A model generated the notes under the pieces. That model did no database searches. It had not been told where the DNA came from and saw only the letters and a program-made list of their open reading frames with translations. Position numbers and translations under genes: made by a program. Positions 28,643 through 38,361 of a stretch of 64,000 nt of DNA are shown piece by piece; position 1 is the first letter of the stretch; each line of letters starts with the position of its first letter. The DNA is taken from positions 53,347 through 117,346 of IMG/VR virus record IMGVR_UViG_3300036985_003303. One strand, given 5' to 3'. The DNA is from a virus.

Positions 28643-31600
28643 ATGGCAGATATTACAAAAACATTTACTGATGCAGACTTTGGGGATGCACCAAAACCAA
28701 AAGTTGATGCAGATGATTTAAAGTTTAAACAGTTAGCTGATAAACATTTAGAAAAAGCACTACCTAAATTAGTAAGTGTATATAACATGGGTAAAGCTCA
28801 GGATTTTTCTGCTAAGCAGGCTAATCTTGCAAAGTTTGCAACTTATGGTTCTGAAACGTATGGCAAGTTAGGTTTTGATCCATATAAAGCAGGTGGTGTT
28901 CCGGGTGTAAAAAGTGGAATGGATGCATTGTATGATGATAACACTAGTTGGACAGCTGATACAGGAAGGGCTTGGGATGGTATGTGGAAATTAGCAGGTA
29001 TTGGATTTCAAGATACAATTGGATTAGGTGCATTTGCTGACTCAGGAAATTATCTTGATTTTGAAGATACCATGAGTAAATTTTCTTCATCAAGAGGCGG
29101 TAATGCTGGCTTTTGGTCTAATACAATGTTGTCTTCTGGATACACTATGGGTATCATTGGAGGTATTGCTGCTGAAGAATTAGCATTAGCTGGTATTACT
29201 GCATTAAGCGGTGGTACTGCTGCACCAGGAACTATTGCTGCTGGAGGAACTCTTTTTGCACAAGGAGTAGCAAGAATAAAACAAGCAGGTAATATGTTGA
29301 AGTTTGTAAATAAACTTCAAGATGTAAAATCTGCAACCGGGTTTATGGGTAAAGCTGGAGCCAGTCTAAAAGGTTTTGGTAAAGCTCTAAATCCATTAGA
29401 AAATACAATGGATTTTCTTTTTACAGCAGATAAATTAAAAGATCTGAATGGATTAAAACAAACAGCGTTAGGTGTTGGCTCTATTGTAAGAGATGCTAGA
29501 AAAATTACAATGTCCCACGGTGAATCTAAATTAGAAGCTAACATGGCTTCTAAAGAGTTTAGAGAAAAAATGTATGATGATTATTACAAAAATAATCCAG
29601 ACATGGCCGGTAAGCCAGTTTCAAAGGAAATGGAAAGTAAAATTGAAGGCGAAGCTCAAAAAGTACATGACAATGTTTATACTGCAAACTTTGGTTTAAT
29701 CTATGCTACAAATGCAATTACATTTGATAACATGCTTAAATCTATGCGGGGTACAAATAGATTTTTTGCTAATGCTGGTGATTTATTTAAAGTTGTTAAA
29801 AAAGAAGGAGGTAAAGTAGCTGTTGATGTTCTAAAGAAAAATGCTTGGAATTATGGTAGAAAAAAACTTGGAGAAATAACATGGCAAGGTTCAATTAAAA
29901 GTATTGTGTCTGGTTCAATGGAAGGATTCCAAGAACTTGGACAAGACGTAATTTCTGAATCAGTTAAATCTTACCGCGAAAGAAATGTAAAAGGTTTACA
30001 GGTTCGTGGAGGCATGATGAGTTTCTTAGAAAATGATGTTTCTAAAGCCATTGATAAACAAAATAGCGGTCAAGGTTTAAGTACATTTCTTTCTGGTGCA
30101 TTAATGGGTGTATTTGCATCACCTGTTGGTTTTGCATCACAGCAAACTCAAAATTATTTATTCAATGGTGGCGTAAATAAATCATACAAATATTTTGCGG
30201 ACAAAGAAGGATACACAAAAGAAAAGTTAGATGTTGAATCTAAAAGAAAAGAAAAAGCAAAAGTTCTTACTGAGTTCTTTAACAACAGTAAGAATTTTGT
30301 TGATGCTTGGTCAAAAGGTATTTATTCACAAAGTGAACTGCAAGAACAAATATTAACTGCTGGTGAATCTGGTGATCAAAAAACCATGAAGAATAAACAG
30401 CATGAATCTTTTGTTAATGGCATACATACTTTACTTGAATCAGGAATGGAAAACCAATTTGCTGATCACTTAGAGTATATGGGTAAAAATTTAAACGCCC
30501 AGCAATTAAATGAAATATTTAGCAGAACAGATATTACTGAAGAAACTAAAGGTCAGTATCAAAAGAAACTTCAACATCAAGCAGAAAATATTAAAAAGCT
30601 AAGGGGTGTTTACAATGAAATTCAAAATACCATCAATAACCCAATTGATTTAAAGTCTTTAGATACTAGTGATCCAGAGTATTTGAATAAGTATTTTAAA
30701 TATAGGTCAGTTGAAAACTTGAAAAAAGAGTTATTGTTTAGTCATTCTAAAATTGCAGATAGAGCAAACAGGCAGAAAGAAATTAGAACTCAACTTAATA
30801 ATGACAATCCTCTTTCTACATTGGAAGTTAATGCTCTTTTAGATGATGGTGACTTAAACCAACAAATTCAATTATTAAAAACTGAAGTAGAAACAAACTC
30901 AAAGTTGTCTGCTTATGGAGATGGTGCTGTTCAAAATCAAGCACAAGCTAGGGCTAAGTTAAAAGCTTATGAAAATTATCAAGCAAAGTTAACTGCTTAT
31001 AAAACTGAACAGAAAAATGAAAAAGGTTCTATTTCTGAATCAGATACATTTGATGAACTGTTTGATGCTTATAACAGTATTCTTGAAGTATCAGGAAAAA
31101 ATAAATTAATTGATGTTGCTGCTCAGCGTGCATTTAATAAACAACAATTTAATAAAGTTTTTGATTATATATCTCTTGGTGAAGAAGGTAGATTTAATCA
31201 AGAATTAATTGATACTATTTTAAATCCTGTAGGTTCTTCTGCTTTTATTGAAGGCCAAGAAGAAATGTTAAAAAGACTTGAAGAAAATAAAGAAGATCAT
31301 ATTCTTTCTGCACTATACGAGTTTGATAAAAAAACAGTGTCTGATGATATGCTTAATGATTTATACAATAATGATTTATTTTTTGATCTACAGGAACTAG
31401 ATGATTTGTTGAATAAAGGATTAATGCCTCAAGAAATTTTTGACATTGCCACAAACAAACAAGCAACTCCAGAACAATATGAAGCTGCTCAAAAAATTAT
31501 TAACTCTTACATTAAAAAACTCAAAGGTAAAACCATTACTAATGACAAGACTCAATTAAATAAACAAGGACGCAAACTAAAGTCTGATAAAAGAACTATT

Positions 31601-34600
31601 GCTGGTATTTTAAGACAGTACAAAGTTAAATTAAATGAGCCAATTAAGTTGTCATCTCCTGAAGGACAAAGACTTTTAGCTAAATTAATGACGGCTGAAA
31701 ATAAGTATTTAACCAAACTGGATAGAGAAATTCTTACTAAGTTAGGTGAACAAGATGTTACAATTAAATTTGTTAGTGATAACACTTTGCCGGTTCAACT
31801 AACTGATGATGGTATCTTAGAGTTAGACATACGATTTGCTGGAAGTGATTATACTAATTCAGTAATGTCATTTGAAAATCTTATTGTTACAGGCCTGACT
31901 CAACATGCAATTACAGAAAAATTAAAAACTAAGGATGACTTATATTTGGCTGCTCGTAATGCAATGGAACAAGCTAAAAAAGCTTTTGCTAGTGCAAACC
32001 CAAGAGCTAATGTAGATGAGTTATCTGTATTTGAGGATGTCAATATTTTCATGACGGAAGCCATGAATGATTTGCAATTCCAGAAATTTTTAGCAACTGT
32101 AGAAGATACAGTACAGCCTACAAGTAAATCTCTTTGGTCAACTTTAAGTACGGGAATTGGAGTCATTGTACAAGAAGACATTGATAAAAAACTAGCCAAC
32201 CGGGTAATTAACATTGCTGCTAAAGCTTTAGATGATTCCATTATAGATAACATATCTGAAAGTAATGAGGAATCAAAAGAAGTAAAACAACAAAGAGCAA
32301 CTGCATCAAAAGAACAAGTAGAGGAACTAAATAAGTTGGCTACTGAACTTGGTCAGAGATGGAATGTAAATGTAAAAGTTTTGGCTTCACAAGAAGAAGC
32401 AGACAAGATTTTAAATAGTCTTCAGGATCCGTTCTATCAAAAGTTTTCTACAATTATAAATGACTTGCTTTATGATCCATTATACATGGGTTTCAATCTT
32501 CAGAAAGGAGTAAATGAAGTTTCTTTAAAAGAACTTCTTATGTCTATTTATGAAAAGTCAGAAAACTTGTCTGATCTAATTGCCAATCTAAAAGAACTTG
32601 CAGTTTATCAAACTAATGGTAAAGTAGGAGAAATGGTTGACTGGTTAGTGAGCAATGCAGACAACATTGGTGATGGAATTGAGATGGTTAAAAACATTTT
32701 CTTTCAAGCAGAAGAAGAAACTATTGCTGGATTCTATGATGAAAAAACAAATACAGCCTACATTGTTGCAGATGCTGTAAAAGAAAATACTTTATACCAT
32801 GAGATTTTCTTGCATCCATTTTTGATTAATCTTGAAAAAACTAATCCTGAATTTTATAAACAACTTGTAGCTGAAGCAAAAGGTAGCCAAGAGATTATTG
32901 ATTATGTTGAAAAAAATTATGGCACTGAAGACAAAATTGGTTCAAGACAATTTGAACATGAACTTGTTGGTAGAGCTTATGATTTAAGTGTCAGTAACAA
33001 ATTAAGCGAAAAGAAAGAACCAGGTTTATTCAAAAAAATGGGCCAGTTCATTAAAAGAATGTTGGCTAAAGTTGCTGAGTTTCTTACTATTAGTAAGTCG
33101 GACATTGGAAGATTTAATCCAAGAAAAACTACCATTACGGATTTGGCTGAGTACTCAGTAAATAGTAATGCTAAAGTTAATCTTGGTAAAATAATTGAAG
33201 CAGGGAAACAGGCGCAATCAACTGAAGCTACACTTAAACCGCGAACAAGAAAGAAGACTGTCAAAAGTGTAAGAACTGTTATTGAAGAACAGACTGTAAA
33301 CAAGGGAGGAGATTTAATTGTATTAGATAATGCAAGTGATCGTCCAGATATTTTTGGTGATTTTTTACACCCTGAAATTGTTTTTGGAAATAACTTGGCT
33401 ATTGCTGAATGGACTGAAAAACTTGTTGAACTTGGTCAAGAACTAGATGATGCAAGAATTACTAACTGGGCTTATGGAAATATCCGCGCTCAAGTTGGTG
33501 GTAGGTTAATCATTGATGTTACAGCTGAAATTCCTGTGTTTGTAAAGAAAGCATTACAAAACAAAAAAGCTAATCCGCGAGTAATTGAATTACAAAAAGA
33601 AATTGCAGATTTAGATGCAAAAATTCAACAGTTAAGTAATCAAAAAAAGACTACAGCTAGTTCTCCTAGTATTATTTCAGCTGATACAGAAGCTAAGAGA
33701 AAACAAATCCTTGATAAATGGAATAGTAAAAGTGCTTGGTATCAAAAAGAAGGCAGGCTTTCTGAGTGGTATGCAGAACGAGATAAAGAACTAGCTGCTT
33801 TAGGACAACCTGTTTCTAATCAAGCAGAAATTGACAAGATAAAAAACCAAATTAAAGAATTAGAAAATCAAAAAGGAGAAGTAATCCCTGAACCTAATTT
33901 TAAAGGAGAAGCTCTTTATTTTAGACAACCTTCCAATGATGGATCATTTAAAGATATGCATTCGGGAAAACAGCCTGAAGCTTCTTTAACAATGGTTAAA
34001 ATAGTTGTTAATGAAAATAATCCTAGTGAAGGAAGTATTGAATATGTTGGGGATAATACTATGTCTAAATTAATTTCAAATAGTCCTCAAACTCATTTAG
34101 GATTATTTGCAGAATTTGCAGATACTAAAGAAAAATTAAATCTTACAACTCCTGTTATAAAAAATATAAAAAAAGGAATAGTAAGAAAGACAGACACAGG
34201 GTGGGAAATTGTTCAACAACCCGTAATAGTATTTGGAGAAGTTACACCTGAAATTAAAACTAAATATTTTAATACAAAAATTGATAATTCTGCAGAAATA
34301 ACTAAATTAAAAAAAGAACTAGCTGCTTTAGATGGACAAACTTCGGTTTCTGCACCAGCCGCAGCTAAAGATCAAACATTTGAAGTACATGTAGGTGGTA
34401 TTGAAAGAGGATATACGGAGGTATCAGAATCTAAGGATAAAGGCGTTGGGGACATTAGAGGTTTAATTGGTCAACAATCAACAGCACAAGGCATATTAAT
34501 TACTAAGGGTGCAACAAATAGTGCAACTGAGAATGATAGATTTGTTGTACTTTATTCTAAAGTAGATGCTAATGGAAATAGGTTAGCTGAAGGTACGTCT

Positions 34601-37600
34601 AATGGACAACCTGGAAGAGATGGATGGGTTACAACATCAGTAAAGATTTCTGAAAACGCTACACAAGAAGAAATAGATAATGCTACTAGGGCAGCAAGAA
34701 CAAAGATGAATGCAATTTTACCAAATATTACTGATGGTAAATTTGTATTGTCTGCTGTTGACACATCTCTCAATGTTTCTGTTAAAGCTAGACCAAGTGC
34801 GGCAGCCCAAGATGATTCAACCGCAGCCCTGAAAGAATTTGAAAAAGCTAGAGATGTTTTGTCATTCTCTAAGAAAAAGTTTCCAGGGAAAAACATGCCG
34901 TTGTATCAGTACTTGCGCATGTTGAATAATGTTAAACCGGTTGTTGGACAATTTGCTTACTACATAAATAGAAATAATACATCAGATCCTGTTGTAGAAA
35001 AGCTTGGGACTATTACAAAGTTTAACGACAACTCATTTACATTCACTGATGCTAGTGGTAAGTCAGTTACTAGAGCATTAGATTTAAAAACCATTGAGTA
35101 TGCTAATCCATACTTTTTATTTAGTGAGAATGAAGTAGAAAATGAAGTGTCTTATGATGCAGCTGAAAAACTCATTAATGACAGGAAAGAAAAGAATTTA
35201 CCGCAAGTTTCTACACCTGATAATACAGCTGTAGATAAAGAAATTGCAGATGTTCTTAAACAAAGAAATGCTCTTCAAGATCAACTTAATGAAGAAGATG
35301 ATGACATTGTTGAAGAAGGTGAAGAAACTGTTCAGCAGGGCACTAAGAAAGTTAAATTCTTAATGTACAAATCTACTGGTACTGGTTCAACTGCAGCTTC
35401 TGCTGGTGAGTGGGTTCCGCTATTAGCTATAGGAAAAGCTATAACTGATGAAGGTGAAGAAATAGAATGGTTTGTTAAAGCTTACCATAAGGGACAAGAT
35501 CCTAAATTTAATAAATATGGCAGTTCTGTGTTTGCTGATATAGACAGAGAACTAAAAATAATGGAGCCAAATTTATTTACTGAACCTGAAAACTGGGTTA
35601 CTGAACAAATTTCAAGAGATATTGAAGAAGAAACTGTGGTGGAAGAAGAAATCCCAGTAGAAGAACAAGAACCAGAAAATGAAATTCAAGCTGAAGCATC
35701 TTACCAATCTAGAACTGAAATTTTAGATGATCTTGATTCAGTAAAAAATGAAATTGCAAAATTAGAAGTTGAGTATGATAAAGTCACTGAAGAAATAAAC
35801 ACAGGTAAATTATCATTGATTCAAAAAAGAAAGGCAAAAAACAAACAGAATCTTTTAGCTATTGACATCAATGACTTGTATCAACAACTAAATAATTTAC
35901 AAGCCGGTTTATCTGAAATTGGTGAAGAGGCTGAAATTTTAAATAATGATGCACAGTATGTTCCAGCTTTTGATTACAATGGAAATGAAATAATTTCTAG
36001 TGAAACTCCTTGGATGGATATTCCTCAAAGTTTAAGAAATGAATTAGCTGATTTGTTTGGTAAGGCGTTGAATAAATTAAATGATGCAGATGTTATTGCG
36101 ATTAAGGCTGAAATGAAGTCTAATCCTAAATACATTTCTGTTATTTCTGCATTTTCTAAATTGAGATTAGACCAACAAGATTCTGAGTTAGGAGCTAAAG
36201 AACTAAAATTAAACAATCAAAAAGTTGAAGATGCTAAGTTGAAATTAAAACAACAACAGCAACAAAATAGAATAGCTGCTCGTCAGGCTAAAAAACAAAA
36301 AAGAGCAGCTAGACCAAAGGTTAGTGATGAAGATATTTTAAAAAGTGTTTTAAAGGACTATGATTATTCAATCCTTTCTCCTAAAGAAATTAGTCAACTT
36401 GTAGCCAAGCTGAAAGATAAAAGCAATGCCTTAATTGATTATACTGTAAATGATATTTTAGCTTATATCAATAATAAAAAATTAGTACAAGCCCAGAAAG
36501 AACAAACGCTTGCAGATATAGAGCAACAGAAAGAGGAAGCTCGTGTCAACAAACAAATCAAAGGTAATCTAGACTTCTTGATGTTGCCTGTTATACCATT
36601 TAAAACCAACTATGGCAAGGAAATAAAAATGCGTATTCCTCAGAATGGAATGGTCAAGTTTATTACTACATATCATCCTGAGATATTTACTCTACCTAGA
36701 CAAGAATTTTTAGATGCAGTTAATGACATTCTAAAAAGTAGAATTACAGACATTAAGTTCTTTAACACAAAAGATTTTGGGTTTGAAAGAGGATCTAAGA
36801 CTACACATTTAAAACTATATTCTTTATTTAGAAAGTTAGAAAAAGAAAAAAAGTTGTATCCTGAAGTGGTTAATAAAATCAACTTGGCTTTATACAATGC
36901 TGACAGCAAATTTAGAATTAGAGCTACGCGTTCTGGTAAAAATGCTACCATGTCTTCTATGTATGTTATTCAAAAAGTAAAATCTACAAAAAGAATAACT
37001 CCTCCTGGAGCGTATGGTGCAAGTAAAAAGATTTTAGGTTCTTATGAAGTAAACACAGGAAATCCTTCTGAGTTTGATTTAGAGATAGCTATTGCTATGT
37101 ATTTCTTACAGGGTGGAAAAATTAAACTTAGTGCTTTAGAACAAGTATTTGGAGAAAATACGTCTGAAGTAAAAGACTGGAAAGGTGTAGCAAGTGAAAC
37201 TGCTTCTAATTCAAAAGCAAGTTTCGATGGTGCGTCTATAGCAATTTTAGAATTACAAAATTTTGATGTAACTACAACTGGAATAGATAGTACTATGGCT
37301 GCTAATGCACTTGAAGCTTTTTTAATGAAGTATTCAAGTTTATCTAATGCTGTTAGAAATTTAGTAGATCAAGTACAAAGCGATCAATCTAAAGCTGAAG
37401 ATCAAAATAGAGGAATCAGTAATGAAGAAGCAGATGAAAGATTGTTTTTGCAAGAGCTAGAAGAAAAAGGAATGTCTATTGATGAAGCAGCTGAATATCT
37501 TGCTCACTTAAAGTTTTTACAAACCGAAGAAGGTCAAGAAGCATTAGAATCTGAAGCAAAATTATTAGATGAGTATTACAACTCTCAAGAATTTGAATTA

Positions 37601-38356
37601 TTAAATGATGAGTTTGCAGGTGATGAAAATGATTTATCAGATGCAGGATCCGAGTTAAAAGATGTTGGTTCAGAAGAAGAAGAGGTTGAAGATGTTGAAG
37701 AAGAAACTGACACAGAATCTATATTTGAAAACAAGGATACAGAAAAACCTGAAAAAACAGAAGTTGATTTATACTTAGATGAATTAGATTCTTTGGCTTC
37801 TATTCCAACGCGAGGTGCTTTATCAAATGCAATTGAATACGCTTGGGATAATTTAAATGGAGCTAAAAAAACCGACATTGCTTTTGCAGCTGCTGTGTTT
37901 AGATTTGCAACTAGTGGTAGATTTTTAGACCAGGAAGATGAAAATGGAGTAACTATTAAATCTAAAACAGTAGCAAGAAATGAAGCAATAATTAGAGCTA
38001 AAATATCTGAAGGTCACTACAGAGAAAAGTCTGTTCAAATTAATGGTAAAGTTTATAGAATTGCAGGGTATCAAAAAAGAATGGTAGTGCTGCAAGATGT
38101 AAATAACTTGTCTGAGTATTTGAATTTTGAAATGGATGCATTTTTAAATGGCATTGAAAAAGAAGTGCCTGTAAACAGTGATGTTGCAAATTTAAACATT
38201 GATTCTATTGTGAAAGTCAAAGAATTTGACTATATTAAAAGTGCTTATACTGATATTTTAAATAACTTTACTACCTATATGGGAGAGGCTAATTCATTAT
38301 CAGAAGATAAACTCATCTCCAGTTTGAAAGAAGAAACAACAAAATGTAAAACATAA
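28643..38356 (+). CDS. Giant virion-ejected polyvalent protein A (3237 aa) with metallopeptidase domain
   Basis: ATG 28643; Gly/Ala hydrophobic segments in the N-terminal 500 aa; IAGFYDEKTNTAYIVADAVKENTLYHEIFLH (His codon 32798) with downstream FEHELVG; coiled-coil and acidic linkers; single Cys at position -3. Confidence 0.8.
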   Translation: MADITKTFTDADFGDAPKPKVDADDLKFKQLADKHLEKALPKLVSVYNMGKAQDFSAKQANLAKFATYGSETYGKLGFDPYKAGGVPGVKSGMDALYDDNTSWTADTGRAWDGMWKLAGIGFQDTIGLGAFADSGNYLDFEDTMSKFSSSRGGNAGFWSNTMLSSGYTMGIIGGIAAEELALAGITALSGGTAAPGTIAAGGTLFAQGVARIKQAGNMLKFVNKLQDVKSATGFMGKAGASLKGFGKALNPLENTMDFLFTADKLKDLNGLKQTALGVGSIVRDARKITMSHGESKLEANMASKEFREKMYDDYYKNNPDMAGKPVSKEMESKIEGEAQKVHDNVYTANFGLIYATNAITFDNMLKSMRGTNRFFANAGDLFKVVKKEGGKVAVDVLKKNAWNYGRKKLGEITWQGSIKSIVSGSMEGFQELGQDVISESVKSYRERNVKGLQVRGGMMSFLENDVSKAIDKQNSGQGLSTFLSGALMGVFASPVGFASQQTQNYLFNGGVNKSYKYFADKEGYTKEKLDVESKRKEKAKVLTEFFNNSKNFVDAWSKGIYSQSELQEQILTAGESGDQKTMKNKQHESFVNGIHTLLESGMENQFADHLEYMGKNLNAQQLNEIFSRTDITEETKGQYQKKLQHQAENIKKLRGVYNEIQNTINNPIDLKSLDTSDPEYLNKYFKYRSVENLKKELLFSHSKIADRANRQKEIRTQLNNDNPLSTLEVNALLDDGDLNQQIQLLKTEVETNSKLSAYGDGAVQNQAQARAKLKAYENYQAKLTAYKTEQKNEKGSISESDTFDELFDAYNSILEVSGKNKLIDVAAQRAFNKQQFNKVFDYISLGEEGRFNQELIDTILNPVGSSAFIEGQEEMLKRLEENKEDHILSALYEFDKKTVSDDMLNDLYNNDLFFDLQELDDLLNKGLMPQEIFDIATNKQATPEQYEAAQKIINSYIKKLKGKTITNDKTQLNKQGRKLKSDKRTIAGILRQYKVKLNEPIKLSSPEGQRLLAKLMTAENKYLTKLDREILTKLGEQDVTIKFVSDNTLPVQLTDDGILELDIRFAGSDYTNSVMSFENLIVTGLTQHAITEKLKTKDDLYLAARNAMEQAKKAFASANPRANVDELSVFEDVNIFMTEAMNDLQFQKFLATVEDTVQPTSKSLWSTLSTGIGVIVQEDIDKKLANRVINIAAKALDDSIIDNISESNEESKEVKQQRATASKEQVEELNKLATELGQRWNVNVKVLASQEEADKILNSLQDPFYQKFSTIINDLLYDPLYMGFNLQKGVNEVSLKELLMSIYEKSENLSDLIANLKELAVYQTNGKVGEMVDWLVSNADNIGDGIEMVKNIFFQAEEETIAGFYDEKTNTAYIVADAVKENTLYHEIFLHPFLINLEKTNPEFYKQLVAEAKGSQEIIDYVEKNYGTEDKIGSRQFEHELVGRAYDLSVSNKLSEKKEPGLFKKMGQFIKRMLAKVAEFLTISKSDIGRFNPRKTTITDLAEYSVNSNAKVNLGKIIEAGKQAQSTEATLKPRTRKKTVKSVRTVIEEQTVNKGGDLIVLDNASDRPDIFGDFLHPEIVFGNNLAIAEWTEKLVELGQELDDARITNWAYGNIRAQVGGRLIIDVTAEIPVFVKKALQNKKANPRVIELQKEIADLDAKIQQLSNQKKTTASSPSIISADTEAKRKQILDKWNSKSAWYQKEGRLSEWYAERDKELAALGQPVSNQAEIDKIKNQIKELENQKGEVIPEPNFKGEALYFRQPSNDGSFKDMHSGKQPEASLTMVKIVVNENNPSEGSIEYVGDNTMSKLISNSPQTHLGLFAEFADTKEKLNLTTPVIKNIKKGIVRKTDTGWEIVQQPVIVFGEVTPEIKTKYFNTKIDNSAEITKLKKELAALDGQTSVSAPAAAKDQTFEVHVGGIERGYTEVSESKDKGVGDIRGLIGQQSTAQGILITKGATNSATENDRFVVLYSKVDANGNRLAEGTSNGQPGRDGWVTTSVKISENATQEEIDNATRAARTKMNAILPNITDGKFVLSAVDTSLNVSVKARPSAAAQDDSTAALKEFEKARDVLSFSKKKFPGKNMPLYQYLRMLNNVKPVVGQFAYYINRNNTSDPVVEKLGTITKFNDNSFTFTDASGKSVTRALDLKTIEYANPYFLFSENEVENEVSYDAAEKLINDRKEKNLPQVSTPDNTAVDKEIADVLKQRNALQDQLNEEDDDIVEEGEETVQQGTKKVKFLMYKSTGTGSTAASAGEWVPLLAIGKAITDEGEEIEWFVKAYHKGQDPKFNKYGSSVFADIDRELKIMEPNLFTEPENWVTEQISRDIEEETVVEEEIPVEEQEPENEIQAEASYQSRTEILDDLDSVKNEIAKLEVEYDKVTEEINTGKLSLIQKRKAKNKQNLLAIDINDLYQQLNNLQAGLSEIGEEAEILNNDAQYVPAFDYNGNEIISSETPWMDIPQSLRNELADLFGKALNKLNDADVIAIKAEMKSNPKYISVISAFSKLRLDQQDSELGAKELKLNNQKVEDAKLKLKQQQQQNRIAARQAKKQKRAARPKVSDEDILKSVLKDYDYSILSPKEISQLVAKLKDKSNALIDYTVNDILAYINNKKLVQAQKEQTLADIEQQKEEARVNKQIKGNLDFLMLPVIPFKTNYGKEIKMRIPQNGMVKFITTYHPEIFTLPRQEFLDAVNDILKSRITDIKFFNTKDFGFERGSKTTHLKLYSLFRKLEKEKKLYPEVVNKINLALYNADSKFRIRATRSGKNATMSSMYVIQKVKSTKRITPPGAYGASKKILGSYEVNTGNPSEFDLEIAIAMYFLQGGKIKLSALEQVFGENTSEVKDWKGVASETASNSKASFDGASIAILELQNFDVTTTGIDSTMAANALEAFLMKYSSLSNAVRNLVDQVQSDQSKAEDQNRGISNEEADERLFLQELEEKGMSIDEAAEYLAHLKFLQTEEGQEALESEAKLLDEYYNSQEFELLNDEFAGDENDLSDAGSELKDVGSEEEEVEDVEEETDTESIFENKDTEKPEKTEVDLYLDELDSLASIPTRGALSNAIEYAWDNLNGAKKTDIAFAAAVFRFATSGRFLDQEDENGVTIKSKTVARNEAIIRAKISEGHYREKSVQINGKVYRIAGYQKRMVVLQDVNNLSEYLNFEMDAFLNGIEKEVPVNSDVANLNIDSIVKVKEFDYIKSAYTDILNNFTTYMGEANSLSEDKLISSLKEETTKCKT
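33785..34331 (+). repeat. 19-bp exact direct repeat AAAGAACTAGCTGCTTTAG (KELAAL) at 33785-33803 and 34313-34331
   Basis: Read directly; both copies are in frame and bracket a roughly 170-aa insert. Confidence 0.9.
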
Positions 38357-38361
38357 CTAGC

